A DNA stretch of 64,000 bases from Takakia lepidozioides (Eukaryota; Plantae; Bryophyta): NCBI GenBank assembly GCA_030704615.1, contig CM060734.1, positions 20,150,001-20,214,000 of the forward strand. Reading direction: 5' to 3'. Under the pieces are notes generated by a model that saw only the letters and a list, made by a program, of their open reading frames with translations, made no database searches and was not told the origin of the DNA. The stretch's first letter is position 1. Every line of letters starts with the position of its first letter. This document shows positions 11,496-23,739 of this stretch, in pieces. The position numbers and the translations under genes are program-made.

Positions 11496-14400
11496 ATGCC
11501 GAAGGGGAGGAAGCAGATGCGTCTACAGGAGGAGATTGCCATCTCCGAGCAGCAGGCCACTCAGGCAACCCAGTCACCAGTGAGAGCTCCATGCGATCGG
11601 GCTGCGCGCAGCTGATCGAGCACCGAACCCCCCATTTTGCTTCTGTAATTCTTAGACTGAATGCTAGGAGACTTGAATGCAGAACATGTTTGCATGCCTA
11701 ACAGGAAAGGTGGACGTGCTGGAGGGATCGCAGGAATCCGAAGAGCCGCAGGAAGAGTCCGAGGAGCTAGCTGCAGCACGTACACCACCCCGATCCCCGA
11801 GCGCGGGTATTCCTGCGGGCCTAGCCCTGTGCGTTTCAAAGACGCGGCTTCGAAGGGCAAGTTCAAAGCCCCAGAGATCGACTCGCGTTCTTCGGTCATG
11901 GAGAATCGCCAGCAGGGGTCGGGCCCTTCTCCAGCAAAGTCGAAGAAGAAACAGCCCGTCCCTCTACTGGTTTTTGAACCGGCTCAGGCCGCTTCACCCC
12001 ACCAACGCGAATGAAGCAGCCTGGTAAAGACAGATTCAATTGCAGCAGACACCTTCACCTGCAAGGATGAGGAAGCAGAAGGCAATCAGGGCGACGGCCG
12101 AACAATCTCCCGCAAAACCGCTTCCACGAGCTGAAGCTCAGTTCCTGGAGGATTTCCCGCCTGCAGATGTTGGGGCCGACTCTGCTGCAGCGAAGGCATG
12201 CATGGGATTGACCGTTTCTGTCGATTTGGTACCGGAGGAGGGTGCCGCGCTCAACGTTCGCAGCAACCTCTCACCACCGATGAGCAAGCAGGCCCGGAGG
12301 AGGCCTCTGCAATGGCAGAATTGCCCGCAGACAGGCCCCAGAGTGCAGCTCCAGTTGAGGATGCTCCAGCTGCTCAGCCACTACCGGCACCTACAGACAT
12401 GTCTCCGGAGGATTTCAAAAGTGCAGCTGATAAAATGTTGAGGAGACACACAGTAGCATTGGCAGAGTTCTGGGCAGCAGGGTATTCCAGCGGACTCTTC
12501 GAATCCCACTCTGTCGCATGGTCTCCCTTCCCATCGTCAGGCAGGCCCTTCCCGGAGATGTGGATAAGCTCAAGTTCGCATTTCGAGAAGGGTACCGTCT
12601 GGGATCGGCAGCGTTTTACGTTTCCATTGAGAATGAGGACGGCAAAACTCGTGGACCCACTGCCGATGAATTGTCAACGTGGGATACCCACTGGCACACT
12701 CGCAACAACGAATTCGAGGCGACGCTGAAGGGTGATCCAGACTTCGGCCATATGTCGGGTAAAATGTTCTTTGTGTGGGACGGGAATCACCGACTTCTCG
12801 CCTGGTGGGAGTACATCAAGCAGAACCATGCCAAACACATTGGCTGGCATTACATGGTGGAGTGTGTCATCCTCAAGGTGAAGGCGGCAGACTCCTCCTT
12901 GCTCAAGAATGCCATGGCGGACCTCAACTCGTAAGATACTCATACCCTCCCAAGCACGTTCGAAATGCGGTGCCGCATTTCGGTTTCCAATCTGTTTTGT
13001 TTTCGTGCTTTCGTGGACTGAACTGGAGAGTGTGCCTTGCAGGGTCACTGAAAATGCGTACGTGCATACCCACATGGCCATATGCTGTACAGGGTGAGGA
13101 AAACTGGTCTCACTGATCCGCACATGTTCGCGGAAATGCTGGAGCCCGAGCTCATTCAGAAAGCCGTGGCAAAAACTGACCGGACATGGTATCGTCTCAC
13201 TATGGATGGAATGGTGGAGGTGATATACGAAGTAAGTCGTCCTCCGATTTCCCTCTGCTCATCCTTCCCCAATTTTCAGTAATCTTTCCACATGAATCGA
13301 ATGTAACGCTTCTGCATGTTTTTGTTGGCAGTCAAACATCAAGCTGGATTTGGCCCATGCCAAACGCTTCTTCATGGAAAGTGAGGGGCAGGTGAAAACG
13401 TTGCAGTCATTGACTGAGCACTTGAAGGAAGCCGGTGTCAAGTCCAGAACCAAATACAAGTCAAAGCTTGTGAAGCTGGTGGCAATTGCAGATCCGGCAC
13501 TTGGAAAGGACTTCATCCCCGAGATTGCAAAACACTATTCTCGGGCCATGCAGCCGACCATGCAATTGGAGAAACTGCATCACCTCTCAACGGCATGTGT
13601 TGAGGCGAAAGAGAAGGTGAGGTTTCAATGCACTGAAGTTCCTTCCTAGCAATAGCCACTCTCTTCCAGCTCCTGACATTGGATCGGAAATGGCAGACAC
13701 GGTGCTGTCGATCTGGAATGCATCCGAGAGCATAAGGACAATGTGGTCTTTTCCACTCGAAGTTTCCGACCCTGCAGTGGATGTGTGGCTCAACCGCATG
13801 ACTTGGTGGTTCCAGGTAATTCAAGGTACTTCCCCAGATTTGCTTTTCTGAATGAATTCCCTGAACTGCTACGTGACAATGCATGTTGGGAATCGCAGGT
13901 AATGTCGAATGCGAAGGAGCAAGTCGTAATGCACACAATTCATTCGGCTTTGTACGTCAAATGGGATGGAACACAGACATTGGAAGACTACGTGACACGT
14001 TTCAGATGTGCGTACAAGGACAACCTTTTCGCCAGAGAGCTACAGACAGCAAGAAGGAGCGTGGAGTTTACACATCAGGAGGGAGCGGGGAAAGCTGCAA
14101 TGCGAATTGTTTACAGGTGAAGCACAGCTGCCCTTGTATGCGAAGCCTGGTTACGAGGTTTGTCTCGGAAATGCGGCACCGCATTCGCATTTTTGTTTTC
14201 GGTGGCACTCTCTGCGAGTAGGTTCGTCCAATCTTATGCTCTGCATGCTGACTGCCCTGCAGGTATATGAAATACGTGCTCCTTCAGACAGGGGCCCTGG
14301 CTCAAGAGCCCCCGTTCTTCATGGCTTGGACCGTGGCGGGCCCAAGCTGTGTCTACACACCCCAGATGCAGAAACAATGGCATCCCGCGCATCTCGTTGG

Positions 14401-16612
14401 ATGCCCCTGGTACCTGGATATGTCTGGCGGTATTGTTGACGAGTCTGAGAAAGATCTGCATGCCTTGGCAGAAGAGAAGAGAAAGGAAAGACGTGTCCCT
14501 GCTGGGCCAAAGTCGGCAAAGGAATCTGCTGCTCTGGAAGAATCCAGAAAGGCAGCTGAGATGGCACAAAAGACGGTGGATGCAGCTGTGCAGGCCCAAC
14601 AGAAGGGGTCGAAGAAGAGGACTCGCCAGCAAGGAGCAGCTGTTGTGACACCCGCCAAAACAAAGAAGCAGAAACAGCCTGTTCAGGAAGAGGGTGAGGA
14701 AGAGGACTCCGATGGAGACTTTGCAACCAGCCCAGCCCCCCAAACGCAGGCTGCCTCCCCTGTGCCCACCGTTGTCACGAGAGGCACGAGAACTGGCTCG
14801 GCAAAGAAGGCACTCTTCAACCCCCCAGGGGGGCACCCTTTCGAGCCGGTGGAAATGAAGAGGCCAAAAGTGGCTCCCGAAACAGTAGTCCAGTGTGTAA
14901 ATGAGAGTTTCTTGGCGGCTTTGGATGGACGGGCAGCCAAGTTGGCATACATGAAGACCATGGAGGGTCTGAAGGGCAAGCACTGAAGAAGGCGACTGCC
15001 GAAGAGCCTTCCGACACCCCAGGATTTCAGAATATGGTCTCGTTCTTTGAGAGGGTGTGTGCAGACAAGGATTATAGGAGGGCGGAAATGCCACCGAGTG
15101 GTCTTGCGATATGATCATCTTGGATATTCCGGACGGAGAGCCTGTGGAAGGACTGCAAGCTTTGCCATCTTGGAACAGAAACTTGGAGGACTTTTGGAAG
15201 AAAGGATTCGGGCTTGCCCGCATGGTGTTGGACGACAGAGGCTGTGTGGTTGTCCTGGCGAGCAGAGGAAAAAACACTCAGACAGGAATTGCGAAGTGGA
15301 CCCGCAAGAGCGCCGTCCCGATTCTGAAAAAGAAGTGGACGTGCATCAACACACTGGGCCTTCGGTCGGAAGGGAAGAAGGTGATTACGACACTGGCACT
15401 CGTCCATTCATTTGCTTGGGTGTTTTCAAATGCGGTGCCGCATTCGGTTTCTAATCGTTCCCCCCTGTGTATGCAGACGAAGCAGTTCGATGCATACTGC
15501 TTTGTGAAGGAGAACTCCACCTTTGCTTTCCGGAAGGAGGGAGGAAAGGTTGACCCAAACTGCGACCCCCTCGATTACGACGTTCTGTTCAACAACGTTC
15601 CCAAGGAACTTCTCCCTCATAGCCTCACTTCAACGGAACCCCTGCGGTACTCACGGACTGGAGCCCTGCCTTCATTCAGACAATTATGGAGACATGCATA
15701 GACGTGGAGGGCACAGTGCTCGACCTCATCTGTGGGACAGGTATGCAGAATCTTGATCTATGCTGTTCTGCAAATTCTCGTTAGGATGTAGTTCGCAACA
15801 TCTGAAGCGCCATGTGGTAATGTGTGGATGGCATTGTAACAAGTGCCTCAATGTGGGCTGGGCGGTTTTCCGACCGGCACCTCTTTGCCTACGAGGAGGA
15901 TTCATCCGTGTGGGGATCCCATCTGGAAGGGCTGCAACGGAATGTTAAGGCTCCCGACAGAGCGGAAGTCTCCTCGGATTCGTCGGAGTCCGAGGAAGAC
16001 ACAGTGGACATTGATGCGGAGGAGAACCCGGAATACGAGTGAGTGCAAACATTGTAAGTTTGCAAAGCCTTCTGGGTCATTTTTGTCAAACGAATTTCCC
16101 GACTGTGGTTCTCATTAGTCTCGTTGATGATTGTCATGTGCAGGATTGCAGGGTCCGGGTCGAAACATGTAGGGCCTACACTTCCTGCCAGGAAGAATGT
16201 CCCGTTCTTTGCGAGGGCCGACTTCATGACGAGCCCGGTGAGGGACTACTCCCTTCCTAGTTATGCAGCTAAACTCGCAAATACAGCGATTAGAAGAAGT
16301 GAGAATCCCAGTAAAGTAGAGCAGATTTTGGAGAGGGCTAGGGAGGACAGAAGGATAAGGAAAGAGTTGGCAGCAGCTCAGACAGATAGACGGGTACGAA
16401 AGTACATATGTGATTCAGCGGATGAGAGCGACGCAGACAGGGAGGAAGACGACCCAACGGAGGTGAGATGGACAGTTCCGCAAGGGGAAGATGGGATTTT
16501 CGAAAGCCTGGCCAACGAGCAGTCGGCTGGAGATAAGAAAGGCACTGAGGGGGTGGAGGCGGAGCAGGACAGTCTAGAACAGGATGAGGATTCGGATGAT
16601 TTTCAAGATTAA
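11496..16612 (+). pseudogene. Gene A: multi-exon ParB/Srx-like plus N4/N6-methyltransferase-like fusion (frameshifted)
   Basis: KMFFVWDGNHRLLAW (~12765-12805); CDMIILDIPDG (~15105); SPAFIQTIMETC..GTVLDLICGTG (~15665-15740); RHLFAYEED; GT-AG introns; colinear with gene B. Confidence 0.72.
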
Positions 16613-16746
16613 TAGAATTTTAATGAAGTCTCTGTAAATGTAAATTCTCTTCCAGAGTATATAAAGGAAAATCTCCCCGACATTCGTGACCCCTCTCCAG
16701 TGTGCATTCCAGCCACACAATCGCCCAAACCACGACGCTCCCAAAA

Positions 16747-17505
16747 TCAGAAATGGGGCACCGCATTTCCAAAATTTTGGCAACTCTAAAAACCTCTTTT
16801 GGAAATGCGGCACCGCATTTCCAAAACAGGGGAGGGACTAAATTTTCCATTTCAATGTTGGCATAGTAAAAGTAATCGGCCGATTAGAAATGCGGTGCCG
16901 CATTTCCAAAATTTCCTTTGTCCACACGCCAGTTTTGGCCTCTCCCGCTCATTGCATGGATGCCACCACGCTTACAGAGGTCGAACAAGGAGGTCGAGAT
17001 GGCGGAATTGGAAATGCGGTGCCGCATTTCCATATTGGGGATGGTCGTTGTTCGAACTGTAGGCCCTTGTGAGCAAAAATTGGCACCGCATTCCGTTGTT
17101 AAAAAAAAGTCGATGACGGACATGGAAATGCGGCGCCGCATTTCCAGAAAGGACATTGCAATTTGTCCATTTGCAGACCCTCTCACGGAAATGCGGTAAC
17201 GCATTCCATCGAGCTGGTCGGAAATAGGTGCACTTTTCGAAGTGTTGGACGGAAATGCGGCACCGCATTCCCTTGTCCAAAAAGAAGTTTCCATTGCCAA
17301 GCTGGAAATGCGTTGCCGCATTTGCAATGCCAACCTCGTTGTCTGTCCAATTTATAGACCCGTGTTGGTATTTCGTGTACCTGGACGGAAATGATGCACC
17401 GCATTCCATTGTCCGACACTGAAATGCGGTTCATACATTTCCATGTCGGCATGGAAATGCGGCACCGCATTTCCTTGTCCGACATGGAAATGCGGCACCG
17501 CATTC
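16747..17505. repeat. Second array of ~13 copies of the same palindrome with mostly unique spacers
   Basis: GGAAATGCGGYRCCGCATTTCC variants at 16799, 16884, 17008, 17122, 17185, 17249, 17302, 17385, 17418, 17451, 17484. Confidence 0.95.
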
Positions 17506-17742
17506 AAATGTTCGACATGGCGTTACTCTGGTATATTCTTGACACATGACTCTCATACCGGTTACTCTGGTATATTCATCCGGACAGACAAATTGTAAAC
17601 AGTGGGCCAATTCCGATAGTTATTCAACAGAATGAAACACAATCATACAGAAGTGAGGTACGATGGGTTTATTGATCGGACACGATGTCTCACATTTACC
17701 AACTGCAGACAAAACTAAGCCCTTCCTCCCTCTACATGGGCT

Positions 17743-18321
17743 TCACCAAGTCGACGGAACTTCGATACCCCTCAAAACTAGCTCATCACTGCTGCGGCAC
17801 CTCGAGGTAAACTGCAATTCAGTCGTTCTGCTGCCCTTGCTGGAGCCGACGACAATGTCATGTCCATCAATGATACCACCATCATACATTGACAAGGTCA
17901 CTGTGGGCCTCATGTGCCCGTGCGATTCGTCTTCGCAACTCAGCCGAATGTCTCCATACACTGGAAGAGCGGAGTGATCTCCACGTATATAGTTTTCCCC
18001 GGTGCCGTCCTCCCTGGTCCACTGGCAGCAGTTCCAGCGCCAAAGCGAGGCCGTGCGTGATCTGTCCGGCATCCCTTTCCAGCTTGGTATATCGAGGTCA
18101 ACAATTTTCAGGACCCACGGACCGCATTGACCCTCGCCCTCACCTCGCTCAAAGCGGTAATAGCCCTCCAGATACTCCATTGCGCGCAAAGACTCTTGCT
18201 TGATTCCAGCAGCGTCTGTGAAAACAGAGAGCCAGACAATGATCTCTCCTGATTCTGGTTTGAACATAGCATAATCGTGGCCATGATAAGGGCAGTCGGC
18301 TGGATTTCGGCGGCACGGCAT
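17743..18321 (-). CDS. Unknown ~190-aa protein, paralogue of 18872-19435
   Basis: MPCRRNPADCPYHGHDYAMF...RWNCCQWT...PVYGDIR...ELVLRGIEVP; intact frame aligned with its paralogue. Confidence 0.75.
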   Translation of the reverse strand: MPCRRNPADCPYHGHDYAMFKPESGEIIVWLSVFTDAAGIKQESLRAMEYLEGYYRFERGEGEGQCGPWVLKIVDLDIPSWKGMPDRSRTASLWRWNCCQWTREDGTGENYIRGDHSALPVYGDIRLSCEDESHGHMRPTVTLSMYDGGIIDGHDIVVGSSKGSRTTELQFTSRCRSSDELVLRGIEVPSTW

Positions 18322-18871
18322 CCTTGAAAAAGAGTAGCGGAGTACGCTCAATGACAGCAGCTCCCGGATGGAGGAGGAGCAGCGCGGTGGCTGGAAAAAG
18401 TTCAAGCTAACGCTGCAATTCCTCACAAACACTCCAGGGCACATTTAAATTTCCCCCCTACAGGATCCTGAACCGATGAAGATTGGCTGCTGCATGAATG
18501 TAGCCGTTTCAGTTTCCTACCCTGCCATGCAAACTATGGGCAGTCACTGCTAGGTGGGCCGATAGCCACTGGACACGACGAAGTCCATCCCCTCTTCGAT
18601 GTAAATGCGGCGCCGAATTTCCATCCGGGGGGATGGACTTCAGTGGCAGATCTCAAACTATAATTTGTTGATGAGAAAGATGTATGGGTTCATCCACCGC
18701 TGGCGTGATGAACACGTTCCACCTCCGTCGGTGGGTACGTGGGACCCAGATGCTCCATTATTGGAGGCCGGACTGCTCTTCCGCTTCGCATCATTTCCAA
18801 AATCTAAGGGCTTCGTAGCTGTCCGCAAGGTCATCGGCATCCAAGTCGTCCTCAGGTCCTCCTTTGCAAGG

Positions 18872-19435
18872 ATGCCGTGCTTCCGGAACCGGGACGACTG
18901 CCCATTTGGAGGCATCGATTATGCAATGTATTCGGCCACATCAGGAGACATTGTTATCTGGTACACAAATTACAGAGAAGATACTGGTTCGATTGTGGAA
19001 ACATTGGTGGCTTTTGAGTATATCCTAGGCCACTACGCCTTTGAGCGGGGTGACGATCTTGGTCTGAGGAGTCCGTGGCTCCTGCGCATCCTCGATTCCG
19101 ATTTTCCCAGCTACGATGGTCACCCATGCAGAAGAAGGCGCACTGCTATGCTGTTGCGGTGGAACTGCTGCCACTGGACGTGGGTGGACTCCATCGGAGA
19201 GACCTATTCTCCTGAAGGAGTGCGCTCCTCTTCTCCATTGTATGGGGACATTCGCATTGGTGTGGACGACGAAAACGTGAAGATTTCCATATTCAATGGT
19301 GGTATGATTGAAGGGCAGGACATTGTGGTGAACATCACTAGGGGCGGTACAACGGCTGCAATCGACTTTACCTGGAGGAGCCCCATGACTCATGAGCTAG
19401 TTCTGAGAGCAGTCGAAGTCCCATTGACAACGTGA
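18872..19435 (+). CDS. Unknown ~187-aa protein, paralogue of 17743-18321
   Basis: MPCFRNRDDCPFGGIDYAMY...RWNCCHWT...PLYGDIR...ELVLRAVEVP. Confidence 0.75.
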   Translation: MPCFRNRDDCPFGGIDYAMYSATSGDIVIWYTNYREDTGSIVETLVAFEYILGHYAFERGDDLGLRSPWLLRILDSDFPSYDGHPCRRRRTAMLLRWNCCHWTWVDSIGETYSPEGVRSSSPLYGDIRIGVDDENVKISIFNGGMIEGQDIVVNITRGGTTAAIDFTWRSPMTHELVLRAVEVPLTT

Positions 19436-19814
19436 CTTGTATTCAGTAGGCACAGGGCTAAAGATTTGATTGCACAATCAGCACAGTAGACGTGCTTCAA
19501 ATGCAATTCATGTGGATCAATAAAAACCTCATTGTGCCCTCTTTTTATTCTATTCTGTGTCCATCGTTCCGAGAATGCGTCATTGCTCATTTCGTTTGGG
19601 ATTGGGAGTGTGGGTGGATTTTGCAAGTGGCTGGTAGGCTGAAATGGGCCCCCATTGTACAGAGCAGTACCACCCTTCCATTCGCGAAACATTGCCTTTC
19701 AATATATAATTCTAAATAACATTGCCGAACCTCCTTCATCGGGAGGTCCTTCTCCCCCTATGACCGTGGCACCCTAAACCCTATTCCCGCGGACACTCAT
19801 TTCCGGAAAATAGT

Positions 19815-19898
19815 GCTGCTCATGTTTTTTTCCACACTTACGACTCTGCTCATGGCTCATGCCGCTCATGGCTCATGGCTCATGAAATAGCAGCCCCC
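19815..19898. repeat. Putative right terminus of element I: (GGCTCAT)n followed by GAAATAGCAGCCCCC
   Basis: Resembles 24383-24460; gene B coding sequence resumes immediately after. Confidence 0.65.
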
Positions 19899-22800
19899 TT
19901 CCAGAGGCAATGTGCTCCTTGTGGATGAGTCAATCGTGGACTCCTGGGATCCCATTTGGAGACATGTGAACGAATCCTTTGAACTTCTTCTCTCCAGGAA
20001 ACCTTCCACCCAGGCATTCTTAGGGAAGATGTTTCACGTTTGGGATGGCAACCACCGGTTGCTTGCATGGATGGCTGTCATTGGGAGGCTGCACTCACAG
20101 GAGGAAGAGTGGCATTACTCTGTTCGATCGATGGTGCTGGATTGTGACGGGAACATGATGGGTCTTCTGACAGCAATGAATGATGTGATCAGGTTGGTTT
20201 CTCATTCTACATGTTCCACTTGTGGTTCCATGGTTCTTTGGTTCCAGTCCTCTGTTGACGGTCCTTGAATTTCATTCTGACTTTCACACATCATTCTGCA
20301 GAGGGACGGAGACATCGCATGTCAAAACGAGTCTGGTTCACACACTGTACAGGATACAAAGGATCGGGCAGATGCCCTTGACCAACTTCAAGACCATCCT
20401 TTCAGCAGAGACATACAAGAAGTGCGAAAGCTCCAAGACATCAGAAACGTGGTACTCATTGACCCGTGAGGCTTTCATGGAGTATATGTACGCGGTGAGA
20501 TACATCTTCCATCATCTGGCCTTTCGATATTCCTGCTTCCACGTGTTTGTTTCTGTTTGTTTCCCTTGCCCTTGGGTTGATGCAACTCTCGTGCATTCCC
20601 TTGCAGCAAGACATTGCAGATGTAGGAGAGCGTGGCAAACTGGAATACTACAGCTCTACCCCTGAGGAGAGAAGGACAACAAAGGGTGTTGAGAGTCACA
20701 TCCAGAAAGAGATGACCGCCACAAGAAGGACTATTATGAGTGCTTTTGTGAAACAACTGAGAATTGCAGACCCAACCTTTGGACCAGAGTTCCTTCAAGA
20801 GGTGAAAAACCATTACAACAAGCCAGGCAAGCCGGAGATGGTCCAGGAGAAGTTACACAGGTTGTCTACTACCGTTGAGTCTTCAGAACAGAAGGTGAAG
20901 TGGCTACAGATATGGAACTCCGATCCCACTGTTAGGGATACCCACATGTTCCCCAGGCCGGAGAAAGAGAAAAAGACCCAACGTGTCATTCCTGTCAGTG
21001 ACAATGTGCTGGACACATGGCTTCACAAGGCCACTTACTGGAGCCAGGTATGATGTCCTTTGCTGTGTCACTTTCTTTTCGCTTTTTCTGTCATTCTTTT
21101 TCCATGTTACATTGGTTGTGATTGTTTTTGTGTTCATTCTTGCTTCTGTATTGGTCTGCAGTTGGAGGAAAGGGCCCGGTCGGTTCTACATACGCAGCTG
21201 GCTGACTATGGGATCACCATGACAGAACCAAAGGTCTCCTTCCAAGCATACATGAGGAAATGGAGAGCCACAGTGTGGCAATCTTGTTTCTTCAGAGAGT
21301 TCAGCAAGGATGCTGGCATCAGTCGAACAAATGAGCTTGCCCAGCAAGAGAAAGGAGAGGAAGCCTGTAAACGATGCCTTTACAGGTGCGAAATGGATTG
21401 CGCTTCTTTGTTTTGCATAGACACAATCTCCTCCATCCAACCTGTTTTTGGCTGGCTCATATGAGTTTGTGGTGGAGTGTAATGTGTCGCATACTCTTTT
21501 AGGGGCTCTTCGTGATGGGGTGGAAAAGCTGGGAGACAATATTTGCATTGCATAATGAGGTTGTCTCTGTTCTTGCAGGTACATAAAGTATGTTCTCATG
21601 GCAGAGAACTGCTTGGACAAACATCCTGATTTCGTGGACCTTTGGCTTGTCCCTGCTGGCAACCAGACCATGTTTACTACGGGGATCTTGCATGACTGGG
21701 GCCCAGACCATCTTTCTGCTTGTGGTTGGTTTGGATTGCCCTGCTTCAGAGACCCCAGCTCAGGAGGTGTCTTTGAGGAGAGAGAATGAGCGTATAGCAG
21801 CTAGTGCCGCATCAGCCGACCTCGACATTCATGAGAGAAATTTGAGGACTCTTGCAGAGAAGGAGCCTCCCGCTCAGGATACACCGGGTAAAGGTAGAAA
21901 GGCAAAGGGAAAGGATGTTGCTGGTGGTGTGGGGAAAGGAAGGGGTAGGGGAAAGGGGGCACAAGGGCAGGTAGGTGGACAGGGAAGTGTTGCAGATACT
22001 GGCCCTCTGGTGTTGTCCAGCAGACTCCACCGCATTGTAGGGGATCCGGGAGAAAGAACAAGGGGGTGGTTGATCCCAAGGACCCGTACAATGCAATGGA
22101 GCATCCCACAAGGGTCATTCGCCCTACCAGGTTGGAGATGGCCAACGTCGGGTTCCTTGCCATGATGGAGTCCAAGTAATCTGATTACAAGGGCGAACCA
22201 TCACCAGTGTGGGAGATGATTGTGGAGTTCCTCGGCACGGTGCGTGTTGTCTTTTGCTTCTTGTCTGTTGTGTGCATGGATCGTTTCAATCCTCTTGAGC
22301 ATTCCATTGCATGCTTGTTTTAAAATGACCAAATCCTGGGTGAACGGGAAGGAGAAGCCATATGCAGCCGAACTCATCATCTTGGACATCCCTGATGGGT
22401 TGCCAGTCCCGGATGTCCCTCCATCGGGTGCTTGTCCAGGTTGGAATGCTTTTGATGAGCGCTACTGGCGGTGGATTTTCTCCTTTTGCAATTTCTTTCT
22501 GTCCGATGCAGGTGTTTAGGTGCTCATCCAGTCCATCGACCTTTGCTGTCGCCGTGCACTTGCCAGCTATTTGAAAGCCTCCGGTATGAGGGTCGTGAAG
22601 ACATGGAATTGAAGGGGGATCGTCCCGGAGAGATGGTAAATCTGCCTTCTTATTCCTCTTCTTGGTGGTTCTCGGATGGAGTTGCATAAGTCGCTCAAAT
22701 GAATATGTAGGGGCCTGGTTTTCAAGCTTCTTAGTTCCTTGTGTATGTCTTGTTCGCAGACTCGTTTGTTTGAAGCTGTTTGTCTCGTCCGAGTGCATCC

Positions 22801-23739
22801 ACCTACAACTCCAGCCGTCATTAGAGAGTTCGCCATCACTCATGGGGGCAAGTTCATAGACGATAGGACAGATCCTCCCACGGATGACATACACCACAAC
22901 TACGTGGACAGCAACGTGTGCTTGCGAAGGGGGAATGGGGTTCCTTGGAGAGGGGCCAGGGAGAGGAGCCCGGCTTTCATTCAGACGATTGTGGAGTGTT
23001 GCACCTACACAGACGCTAGAGTTCTGGATTTGTCAATGGGCACAGGTTCGTCTCTTCAACATTCACATTTCGTGAGGTTTGTTTGACCTTGCACTTTCAG
23101 CTCTTCCCACCGTTCCAAATGTGTCTTCAATGTCTGTTTCCTTCATTGTATTCCACTGCAGGTGCCTCGTACCACGCTTGCAAGGCCAGTGCGCGACATC
23201 TCTTTGGGATTGAAGGGGATGCCGAGATTTACAAGAACCTCCTGATGGGTTTGGGTGGACACACTTCTCAAGTCTTTCCGAAGCCCCTACCCGCTGATAT
23301 TGATACAGGGGAGACTTCCGACAAGGAGCTGGATGACGACTTTGCCTGTGAGTAAGTTCAACCTGTGGATGCTTGCATTGTTGTTTCAATACCCAGAATC
23401 ACTATTCTTAAGGCAAAGTGCACATGGGAGATATCCTCTTCGTTGGACTTGTGCATTGCGTCATTGTGTTCAAAATTGGTTTTTGTCCACCTGTGCAGGA
23501 GTCTGCGTGCTTCCACTGACCCTCCAGGGCTATCACACCTTTTTGGACTTCTTTCAAGTCCTCCTCAGTCTTACATCCTATTTGTCTATGCGGAGGCACT
23601 CGCAGCAAGCATGTCCATTCATGGCACTCGCACTCCAACCATCGACGGCCGTGGTAAAAGACGTGGTGTTGGGGCCGGAATCTTTGTGGATGACATAGCA
23701 CATGAGGTCGATACTGATTCTGATGACTGTAACACTTGA
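19899..23739 (+). pseudogene. Gene B: 5'-truncated paralogue of gene A (ParB-like plus amino-MTase-like), in element II
   Basis: KMFHVWDGNHRLLAW; QLRIADPTFGPEF; AELIILDIPDG; RERSPAFIQTIVECCT..ARVLDLSMGTG|ASYHACKASARHLFGIEGD. Confidence 0.75.

Larger units (their letters stand above)
7833..19898. mobile_element. Right part of large cargo-carrying DNA transposon (element I)
   Basis: Contains GCM-like ORF, palindrome arrays, ParB-MTase gene A and an ORF pair; ends in a terminus shared with element II, directly abutting a cut exon of gene B. Confidence 0.65.

Noticed and set aside
14234-15277. 347-aa minus-strand ORF and similar long antisense ORFs
   Set aside because: Antisense shadows of real coding regions; no motifs
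11496-23739. Bacterial or phage contamination explaining ParB-MTase
   Set aside because: The genes have GT-AG introns and are interleaved with plant retroelements
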